DNA of 30,137 bases. Source: a virus. Shown piece by piece: positions 23,884 through 30,076 of this stretch. Each line of letters opens with the position of its first letter. Position 1 is the first letter of the stretch. Below the pieces are notes generated by a model that saw only the letters and a list, made by a program, of their open reading frames with translations, was not told the origin of the DNA and did no database searches. The DNA lies in the IMG/VR virus record IMGVR_UViG_3300045988_103368, positions 1 to 30,137 of that record, one strand, 5' to 3'. The position numbers and the translations under genes were made by a program.

Positions 23884-24579
23884 TTAACACCGCCTAACCA
23901 TAACGTACTCTTGGTACGGGTATCCGCTGAAATCGTGGAACCCGTCAAACCTATGTATTATTTCATAGTGTTTTTTTGCTCTCGGTGTGCTTGTCCACCT
24001 TTCGGCCTGTATTATTCTGTATCTGATTTTTGGTTTTTTCATATTTCGGCTACTTGTGAAATCTTTTTCAGATTTTTCACTGTCACCCTTGACGAAATAC
24101 ATTGCCAAATCATACATTGAATCAGTGTATATATTTTCTATATGCACCTTGCCGTGTTCCCACAGGCTGATAATGATACCTATGTCAAACACATTTTTGA
24201 TTATAAAATGATGATGTAACCCACCCTTGACACCGCGTTCGGTCATTGCCGTATAGGTCAGCGGTATATCCTTTTTCTTCAACTTATCCCGTAACCGCCT
24301 AATAAATCGGCTACGGTGTTTTTTTGCCACTGACATACTATCGGGACGTTCACACCGCCTGTACGTCAATGTTATCCACCAATCTGTCTTTTTGAAATTT
24401 GCACATATAGCCCATACAATTCTTTTTTTCTTTAATAATTCATTTCTGCGTCTTTGGACTTCTGTACATTCATTCCAATTCGGACCTCTTGGAATATTCT
24501 TTTTTCCGTATCTCGCTGAAAAACCTTTTTCTTTAAAAATGTGTTCTCCTGCGACGATTGTTTTCTCTATGTATGCCAT
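23884..24579 (-). CDS. HUH-superfamily rolling-circle replication initiator (Rep).
   Basis: Motif 1 WWITLTY, motif 2 GLHHHFII (HUH) and motif 3 YDLAMYFVKG (catalytic Tyr). Confidence 0.8.
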   Translation of the reverse strand: MAYIEKTIVAGEHIFKEKGFSARYGKKNIPRGPNWNECTEVQRRRNELLKKKRIVWAICANFKKTDWWITLTYRRCERPDSMSVAKKHRSRFIRRLRDKLKKKDIPLTYTAMTERGVKGGLHHHFIIKNVFDIGIIISLWEHGKVHIENIYTDSMYDLAMYFVKGDSEKSEKDFTSSRNMKKPKIRYRIIQAERWTSTPRAKKHYEIIHRFDGFHDFSGYPYQEYVMVRRC

Positions 24580-24632
24580 ATATCTTTTCTCTTTTTTTTC
24601 GTTCTAAATTTAATTACTTAAACAAGTTATAA

Positions 24633-24656
24633 AACCTTGAAAAATCAAGGTTTTTT
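24633..24656. terminator. Hairpin in the Rep leader (attenuator-like, bidirectional shape).
   Basis: AACCTTGA-AAAA-TCAAGGTT flanked by an A-run on one side and a T-run on the other. In the leftward sense it is followed by TTTTATAAC. Confidence 0.5.
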
Positions 24657-24682
24657 AAACTTTTTTGCTTGATTATTTTTTG

Positions 24683-24727
24683 ACTATATGGTATAATAGA
24701 TATGTGGGTATCTTTATACCATATAGT
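24683..24727. repeat. 45-nt near-perfect palindrome upstream of rep; candidate replication origin hairpin. Both arms also carry TGGTATAA(T/A).
   Basis: ACTATATGGTATAA(T)AGATA-TGTGGG-TATCTTTATACCATATAGT gives about 19 bp of stem with one bulge and a 6-nt loop. Confidence 0.8.
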
Positions 24728-24735
24728 ATTTATTG

Positions 24736-24771
24736 AAAAAATGGCGGTTCAGCATAACCGCTATTTTTTTT
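24736..24771. terminator. Bidirectional intrinsic terminator.
   Basis: GCGGTT-CAGCAT-AACCGC with A6 upstream and T8 downstream. Overlaps the stop of 24761-24967. Confidence 0.7.
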
Positions 24772-24967
24772 GTGCCAATTCATCAAATGTCATCTGCACT
24801 GTCTTGGGCGGTGGTGTTCGTGTTACAGGTTGTTTTGCCTGTCTGCACTTGCGGCAGATAAAGCCGCCTGTCGGGGTTACCGCCCCCACTATTTTGACAG
24901 GGTCAACGTCTGTCAAATACCACTGCCCGCAGACAGTACATTGACTGTTATATGTTTTTCTTCTCAT
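24761..24967 (-). CDS. Small zinc-ribbon protein (68 aa).
   Basis: CTVCG...CRKC pairs. The ATG overlaps the upstream stop (ATGA). Confidence 0.6.
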   Translation of the reverse strand: MRRKTYNSQCTVCGQWYLTDVDPVKIVGAVTPTGGFICRKCRQAKQPVTRTPPPKTVQMTFDELAQKK

Positions 24968-25200
24968 ATCGCCGACACTTTCTTCTTAAATAACGGCAAC
25001 ACTTTCTTGCTCTCTGCTCCGCTGTTGGGTTGATTTATCAGTGCAAGCACTTGGTCTGTTTCTCTAATAAATCTTTGTCGTGGACTTTCAATGTCCTTTC
25101 TATTTTTTTTATTACTGAGCAAATCGTCAAGCATTTGCAACGCCATATGCTGACCCTGTTCATTCAGTTGTTCTATTCGTTCTATGTATTTATCGTACAT
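24964..25200 (-). CDS. Hypothetical protein (78 aa).
   Basis: GGAGGA SD before the ATG at 25200. Confidence 0.6.
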   Translation of the reverse strand: MYDKYIERIEQLNEQGQHMALQMLDDLLSNKKNRKDIESPRQRFIRETDQVLALINQPNSGAESKKVLPLFKKKVSAI

Positions 25201-25211
25201 TATTTATCCTC

Positions 25212-25415
25212 CTATATTTTCTGCGTAGTTATAATGTAGTCAGCCGGATTTATATTATTTTTTATTAAAAAACTCAATACTGCATCTGTTTCCGACCGCC
25301 CTCTTACTTCTTCTTCGCATATGTATGTTTTTACTGGTAGTGGCTTTCTATATATTGCCTCTATCTTATACTTTTCTTTTTTTAATTGCTCTAATAATCG
25401 CTCTGTTACTGTCAT
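25212..25415 (-). CDS. Hypothetical protein (67 aa).
   Basis: AAGTAGGTG SD before the ATG at 25415. Confidence 0.55.
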   Translation of the reverse strand: MTVTERLLEQLKKEKYKIEAIYRKPLPVKTYICEEEVRGRSETDAVLSFLIKNNINPADYIITTQKI

Positions 25416-25422
25416 TTCGCAC

Positions 25423-25512
25423 CTACTTTCTTAATGCCATTGCTATAATGAACACTCCAAACATCATACCCATTAAATAAAATATACCTATATATGGGTC
25501 ACTGTTTTTCAT
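25423..25512 (-). CDS. Possible 29-aa hydrophobic peptide (not in the ORF track).
   Basis: ATG at 25512 after a GAAAGGAACG SD. MKNSDPYIGIFYLMGMMFGVFIIAMALRK. The stop lies within the SD of the next gene. Confidence 0.35.
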   Translation of the reverse strand: MKNSDPYIGIFYLMGMMFGVFIIAMALRK

Positions 25513-25535
25513 TTTTTATCGTTCCTTTCTTCAAC

Positions 25536-25629
25536 TCGCAGGCACATAGGAACCGCCCTATCAGATTTCATTAAAATTTCAAAATGTATTAAGGGGGGTA
25601 CTATTCGGGCGGTTCGTATCTGCCTGCGA
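25536..25629. repeat. Large inverted repeat (23-nt arms, 21/23 complementary, 48-nt spacer).
   Basis: TCGCAGGCACATAGGAACCGCCC (25536-25558) pairs with GGGCGGTTCGTATCTGCCTGCGA (25607-25629). GC-rich arms in an AT-rich context. Confidence 0.8.
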
Positions 25630-25640
25630 ACCTATTTTAA

Positions 25641-25790
25641 CTATGCTGTTTTGTCAAACAGATAATCATATTTCGGATTTATCTGTAATTCGTGTGCAAA
25701 ATCCGAAATATTTTTACCTGTTATAATCTTGCACATTTCGTCATTTGTCGGACTATGTGCATTAATATCTATTTCTATTCGGGTTTCCAT
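25641..25790 (-). CDS. 49-aa protein whose C-terminus resembles the C-terminal tail of the Cro-like HTH protein.
   Basis: ATG at 25790 with a GGAGAGGAGAG SD. ...ISDFAHELQINPKYDYLFDKTA compares with Cro ...ICSALNINPDYFKKTA. Confidence 0.5.
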   Translation of the reverse strand: METRIEIDINAHSPTNDEMCKIITGKNISDFAHELQINPKYDYLFDKTA

Positions 25791-25825
25791 TGTTTTCTCT
25801 CCTCTCCGCCTCACTATGTTCTCAT

Positions 25826-25854
25826 TTGTATTTTTTGTCATTTTGTGCTATAAT
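25826..25854 (+). promoter_or_regulatory. SigmaA promoter of rightward cassette A.
   Basis: TTGTAT, a 17-nt spacer, then TATAAT with TGC (extended -10). Confidence 0.6.
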
Positions 25855-25881
25855 CACCACAGAAAGCGAGGTGATCATATT

Positions 25882-26355
25882 ATGAGCGTTCCTGTCGAAG
25901 AACTAACTAAAAACGATTACAAAGTATTAGAATATATTAATCGTTTTACATCAGTCCACAAAAACGATATTGAAAAGCATTTAAATAACAGCATTACGTC
26001 CTTAGATTATGTCTTATCCAAATTGTCTAAAGTCGATTATAAATTAAATGGAGATGTCCCCTTTCCTATCGCAAATTCTAATTATATAGAAGAAGAATTT
26101 GACCGACCAACTAATGATTATGAAACCCCTCGCAAAAGTCTTAATATGTTTCATATTACTGATATTGGGAGAGATGTCTTACAGAATTATCACATAAAAC
26201 AACGAGTTGCAAAAAAGGAACTTTGGTTAAAAAATGCTTTAATACCTGTTATCGTGTCATTTGTAACAACAAACATAACAATGTACTTAATACCGAAGTT
26301 GCCGCTGATACTAAAATGGTTGTGCGATATTCTTTCCAAAATTTTTTCATCTTAG
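25882..26355 (+). CDS. Unknown 157-aa protein: N-terminal winged-helix-like region plus a C-terminal transmembrane anchor (cassette A).
   Basis: ATG at 25882 with a GAGGTGAT SD; the track N-terminus is an unsupported extension. KNDYKVLEYINRFTSVHKNDIEKHL... is wHTH-like. C-terminal ALIPVIVSFVTTNITMYLIPKLPLIL. Confidence 0.7.
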   Translation: MSVPVEELTKNDYKVLEYINRFTSVHKNDIEKHLNNSITSLDYVLSKLSKVDYKLNGDVPFPIANSNYIEEEFDRPTNDYETPRKSLNMFHITDIGRDVLQNYHIKQRVAKKELWLKNALIPVIVSFVTTNITMYLIPKLPLILKWLCDILSKIFSS

Positions 26356-26504
26356 CTATCCTTTCTACTGCGCTGAACTTTAGCTTGCTCTTGCAACCAT
26401 TCGCAAAAATTCTTTGCCGGATATGGTGCAAGATTAATCTTTCCGACAGTCATTTGCTGATTTGTTTCAATATCGGCAAATGGCTGTTTATTTTCTTCGC
26501 CCAT
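26352..26504 (-). CDS. Small 50-aa protein (not in the ORF track), convergent with cassette A.
   Basis: The ATG at 26504 is preceded by CGGAAAGGAAGTAGGAGA, identical to the leader of 26534-26701. The stop overlaps the cassette A stop (TTAG 26352-26355). Confidence 0.5.
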   Translation of the reverse strand: MGEENKQPFADIETNQQMTVGKINLAPYPAKNFCEWLQEQAKVQRSRKDS

Positions 26505-26533
26505 TCTCCTACTTCCTTTCCGACACTAACTGA

Positions 26534-26701
26534 CTAAAATTGATTTTGAAAGTCAGCGCACATTTTAAATACCTGTGGTGCATACTGTAGGTATTTTTCT
26601 TTGTCATCTTTTTCAATAGAATCATCATATCTCTTTAGTAGTTTGTATGACGTACGCAAAATATCTCGTGCGATGTCTTCTGTTGTTAAAACTTCTTCCA
26701 T
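26534..26701 (-). CDS. Small 55-aa acidic protein.
   Basis: ATG at 26701 (MEEVLTTEDIARDIL...) with an AGGAG SD. The upstream part of the track ORF is a remnant or leader. Confidence 0.55.
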   Translation of the reverse strand: MEEVLTTEDIARDILRTSYKLLKRYDDSIEKDDKEKYLQYAPQVFKMCADFQNQF

Positions 26702-26747
26702 TCTCCTACTTCCTTTCCGCCTCGTTAGGCTGTTTTCTGATTGTCTG

Positions 26748-26776
26748 TTGCGAATTTTGTCAATTAATGTTATAAT
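26748..26776 (+). promoter_or_regulatory. SigmaA promoter of rightward cassette B.
   Basis: TTGCGA, a 17-nt spacer, then TATAAT with TGT (extended -10). Confidence 0.65.
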
Positions 26777-26802
26777 CAACTCGTAGAAAGGGGGTGATTA
26801 TA

Positions 26803-27363
26803 ATGATTTTAGATTCACAATCAGAGGCAATCTTAAAATACATAATAGACCTTGACAAATTACAACCTAGCACTTGGTTTGAATCAGAAACTATATGTGC
26901 TGCTTTCTCTACTATAAATCCAGACATTTTTATTGACATTATTAAAAATCTTTATACTAACAGCTATATTGATGCTTTACTCTCTGATACTGGTATAAGC
27001 GACATTCAGTTATTACACAAAGGTCGAGTTTATTTTGAAACAAAGGCTATGGAACTTGCAAAACAACAGCCACAAAATGTAACAATTAATAACTCTTCTA
27101 ATTTTAATGTTGGTAATGGCAATAACATTAATGTCACAACAGGCATTACTGCCGATTATGCGATTAAACTTATAGAGCAAAGCACTATGAACGACAAAGA
27201 GGCTATGAAAGAAATTATTACTCTGCTAAATGATGCTATTGTTAATAATAAACCACTCAAAGCAAGTAAATTCAGCAAAGTTCTTTCTCACATATCTTCT
27301 TTAGCTCCTCTTATTCAAATGATTGGTGGTATAGTTGTTTCTGCAATGCAAGGACACGATTAA
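26803..27363 (+). CDS. Unknown 186-aa protein: N-terminal winged-helix-like region, Asn-rich middle and a C-terminal hydrophobic segment (cassette B).
   Basis: ATG at 26803 with an AAAGGGGGTGA SD. SEAILKYIIDLDKL... (YjcQ-like wHTH impression). NSSNFNVGNGNNINV. C-terminal SSLAPLIQMIGGIVVSAM. Confidence 0.7.
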   Translation: MILDSQSEAILKYIIDLDKLQPSTWFESETICAAFSTINPDIFIDIIKNLYTNSYIDALLSDTGISDIQLLHKGRVYFETKAMELAKQQPQNVTINNSSNFNVGNGNNINVTTGITADYAIKLIEQSTMNDKEAMKEIITLLNDAIVNNKPLKASKFSKVLSHISSLAPLIQMIGGIVVSAMQGHD

Positions 27364-27569
27364 TTTTCCATACCGATTATCGACTTTATAATGCTTTCTG
27401 AATCGTCTTGAAAAAGATTTTTCAATGCATTGTCGTACATATCTCTTATGTTTTTACAAACTGTCTCTAACTCGTCAAACTCATTGATTTGTCTGTTACT
27501 GTCGAGTATAAGAGACAGTTTTATTTTGTCACCATTTTTTAGTTGACGTTCGATTGTTGCTGTTCGCAT
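27360..27569 (-). CDS. Hypothetical 69-aa protein, second gene of the early leftward operon, convergent with cassette B.
   Basis: ATG at 27569 after GGAAAGGAATGAGGA. The stop overlaps the cassette B stop (TTAA 27360-27363). Confidence 0.6.
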   Translation of the reverse strand: MRTATIERQLKNGDKIKLSLILDSNRQINEFDELETVCKNIRDMYDNALKNLFQDDSESIIKSIIGMEN

Positions 27570-27592
27570 TTTTCCTCATTCCTTTCCGCCGC

Positions 27593-27805
27593 TTAAGCTG
27601 TTTTCTTGAAATAGTCCGGATTAATATTTAACGCAGAACATATTTCAAGAAATTCATCAGCCATTATTTTTCTTTTTCCTTGCAAGATTTTTGAAATTAT
27701 ATCTGCCGAAATTCCTGTTGCCTGTGATATGTATATCTGCTTTATTCCTTTTGCCGTCACATACTGATTTAATTTTTCATTAATATACATTTTTGTAGAT
27801 TTCAT
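27593..27805 (-). CDS. Cro-like XRE-family HTH regulator.
   Basis: ATG at 27805 with an AGAGGTGG SD. ...YVTAKGIKQIYISQATGISADIISKILQGKRK is an XRE HTH. First gene downstream of the leftward consensus promoter. Confidence 0.8.
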   Translation of the reverse strand: MKSTKMYINEKLNQYVTAKGIKQIYISQATGISADIISKILQGKRKIMADEFLEICSALNINPDYFKKTA

Positions 27806-27826
27806 TTTTACCACCTCTTTTCTTTG

Positions 27827-27915
27827 TCTACATTTTGTAGATTGTAATTGTATTATAATCTACTTTTTGTAGGTTGTCAAGTGTTTTTTTTATATTTCTA
27901 TCTACTTTTTGTAGA
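27827..27915. promoter_or_regulatory. Three palindromic operators of the lysis-lysogeny switch.
   Basis: TCTACATTTTGTAGA (27827-27841), TCTACTTTTTGTAGG (27859-27873) and TCTACTTTTTGTAGA (27901-27915). A degenerate fourth copy lies at 27786-27799, inside the cro start. Confidence 0.75.
27852..27880 (-). promoter_or_regulatory. Early lytic promoter (leftward).
   Basis: Minus-strand TTGACA (27880-27875), a 17-nt spacer, then TATAAT (27857-27852). The middle operator fills the spacer. Confidence 0.75.
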
Positions 27916-27923
27916 TTTTTGTA

Positions 27924-27952
27924 TTGACTTTAAATATTTATAGTGGTATAAT
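27924..27952 (+). promoter_or_regulatory. Repressor (maintenance) promoter.
   Basis: TTGACT, a 17-nt spacer, then TATAAT with TGG (extended -10). Operator 27901-27915 lies 8 nt upstream of the -35. Confidence 0.7.
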
Positions 27953-27973
27953 TGCAACAAGAACTGAAAGAGG

Positions 27974-28354
27974 GTGATTAAAATTTCAAGGGAATATATA
28001 GCATTGACTTTAAAAAGATTGCGTGAGAAATCCGGTTTAACAACTTCGCAAGTTGGGGAATTATTGGGTAAAAGTGGTAAGACGGTTAATGCTTGGGAAC
28101 ACAATCACGGTCAGCCTGATGCTGAAATGCTTATGAAATTATGTGATATATATAATGTTAAAGATATTCTTGCAGAATTTCGTGAAAATAAACGTGAAGA
28201 TATTACGAATCTATCAGATGAAGAAATATATTTGATAAAGTCATACAGGAATTTATCTGAACAAGGTCAAGAATATATATTACAAACCATAGATATTGTC
28301 AAAGACAAATATAAAAAAGATTTATATTCTTCCGATTCACAAAAAATAGGTTGA
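27974..28354 (+). CDS. CI-like XRE-family repressor without a peptidase domain.
   Basis: LKRLREKSGLTTSQVGELLGKSGKTVNAWEHNHGQP is an XRE HTH. No S24 Ser/Lys domain is seen. The start is ambiguous: GTG 27974 abuts the SD, while ATT 27983 aligns with the ATGs of the two paralogous leaders, and TTG 28004 is also possible. Confidence 0.8.
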   Translation: MIKISREYIALTLKRLREKSGLTTSQVGELLGKSGKTVNAWEHNHGQPDAEMLMKLCDIYNVKDILAEFRENKREDITNLSDEEIYLIKSYRNLSEQGQEYILQTIDIVKDKYKKDLYSSDSQKIG

Positions 28355-28358
28355 AAAT

Positions 28359-28392
28359 AAAAAAAATCCCCGACCGCTACTAACAGTCGGGG
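28359..28392 (-). terminator. Intrinsic terminator oriented leftward, between the repressor and integrase genes.
   Basis: CCCCGAC-N11-GTCGGGG with A8 on the plus-strand 5' side (T8 on the minus strand). No T-run follows it on the plus strand. Confidence 0.65.
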
Positions 28393-28402
28393 AAATAGTG
28401 TA

Positions 28403-28448
28403 GTGTTATGGTACACCAATTAAAAACATATATATTGTACCATAACAC
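28403..28448. repeat. 13-bp inverted repeat upstream of the integrase gene.
   Basis: GTGTTATGGTACA-N20-TGTACCATAACAC. Each arm is followed by CC(A/G)ATTAAAAA. Confidence 0.75.
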
Positions 28449-28481
28449 CGATTAAAAATCAAGTTAAGAGGTGTTATTTTT

Positions 28482-29935
28482 ATGAACAAAAAAATTAATG
28501 CAGTCGGATATGCACGATATAGTACAGAATTTCAAACAGATAACAGTATAGCCTATCAAACAACGGCCATACAAGAATACTGTGAAAAACACGATATAAA
28601 TTTGCTGAAAGTGTATTCCGATGAGGCTATGACCGGAACAAACACAAACCGACCTGCATTCCAACAAATGCTTGCCGCCGCTGAACAACATCTTTTTGAC
28701 GCGGTAATCATCTACGATATTTCACGCGGCAGTAGAAACGTCGTTGATTGGTTTTCATTTAGACAAGAAATGGCACGCATAGATATACAGGTTATATCGT
28801 GCAATCAACATTTAGGTGACATTTTAGACCCGAATACATATCTAACAGAATTAATAACCGCCGGAATAGGTCAACATATGGTTTTGGACACACGAAAAAA
28901 ATCTATAGACGGCAAAAATGAACGGGCAAAAAAAGGTATTTTTTGCGGTGGAAACCCGCCATTAGGATATGACATTAATGACGGTAACTATATCATAAAC
29001 CCAAAAGAGGCTAAAATCGTCCAAACTATTTTTACTATGTATGCTGACGGACATTCATATAATGAAATTTTAAAAGAATTAGACGGAGCAGTTGGCAAGG
29101 CAGGTCGCCCATTAGGAAAAAATTCGTTATATTCTATTTTGAAAAATGAACGATACATAGGTGTTTATACGTGGAATAAACGAAAAATCAAAATTATGGG
29201 TAAATGGGCAGGCGGTAGACCTAATCCCGATATTGTCCGCATTGAAAATGCAATCCCACCAATTATAGATGAAACCATTTGGAGAAAGGTTGAAGAAAGA
29301 ATGAAAGATAATTCAAGACGTGCAACGTCAAAGTCCTGCAGACACAATTATTTGTTGTCCGGTTTAATACAATGTGATAAATGTGGTGCTACATTTGTAG
29401 GTCATACGTCAACTAATCAAAAAAAAATCAGTACACCGTACTATATTTGCGGTAACAAATACCGCACGCACACCTGTTGTACAAAAAATATAAATGCTGA
29501 TAGATTGGAAACATTTGTAGTAATGCAAATAAAACACTATTTAAAAACCGCAGATTTTGAAACATTGGCTGATGAAATTTGCAAGCAGGTTAATTCCGCC
29601 GCACCGGACGTGTCAGCAGAGAAAAAGGAATTATCTGAAATCGAAACAAAAATAACCAACGGTATAAATGCCATTTTAGGCGGTGTTAATATTCCCGAAC
29701 TAAAAGATGAAGTTGATAAGCTACGCATTCGTAAAAGTGAGTTAGAGGACGTCATTACGTACAAAGAAAAAAATAAAACACGCACATTAAACCGTGATAA
29801 ATTAGTTGAAATGCTAAAAGAATCAGCAGAAAACATTGATTCCACTGATTCTAACACATTGATACGCAATTTTGTAACAAAAATATACGCCCACGCAGAC
29901 GGAACAGTGACCGTAAACTTGGGCGTACATATTAA

Positions 29936-29957
<22 letters not shown>
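28482..29957 (+). CDS. Large serine recombinase (integrase).
   Basis: The N-terminal resolvase domain AVGYARYSTEFQ carries the catalytic Ser. It is followed by a recombinase domain, a Zn ribbon (CDKCGATF...YYICGNKYRTHTC) and a C-terminal coiled coil. AAGAGGTG SD. Confidence 0.93.
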
Positions 29958-30011
<54 letters not shown>

Positions 30012-30047
30012 ATATTTAACTTAGCGCCTCTCTCAGAGTGCTATAAT

Positions 30048-30076
30048 AGTATAGCACACCCTAACTTATTTGTCAA
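30048..30076 (-). promoter_or_regulatory. Promoter of the tRNA gene.
   Basis: Minus-strand TTGACA (30076-30071), a 17-nt spacer containing TGC, then TATACT (30053-30048). An A-rich UP-like tract lies upstream. Confidence 0.65.

Noticed and set aside
24702-24944. 80-aa plus-strand ORF starting in the palindrome upstream of rep.
   Set aside because: It has no SD. It begins inside the palindrome, reads through a bidirectional terminator and then runs antisense to the zinc-ribbon gene. The region is better explained as regulatory or origin DNA.
26249-26431. 60-aa minus-strand ORF from the track.
   Set aside because: It has no SD and mostly overlaps the cassette A coding region in antisense. The alternative frame 26352-26504 has the conserved SD/leader cassette and was preferred.
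27786-27915. Repeated TCTAC...GTAGA units as a possible CRISPR-like or tandem repeat array.
   Set aside because: There are only three to four short palindromes, irregularly spaced within a promoter region between divergent HTH genes. They are classic operators, not a CRISPR array. No CRISPR repeats occur anywhere in the window.
28464-28691. 75-aa minus-strand ORF overlapping the integrase start. The 29165-29347 and 29537-29869 minus-strand ORFs were treated the same way.
   Set aside because: They lie antisense to the confidently identified serine recombinase. They have no SD and no recognisable features.
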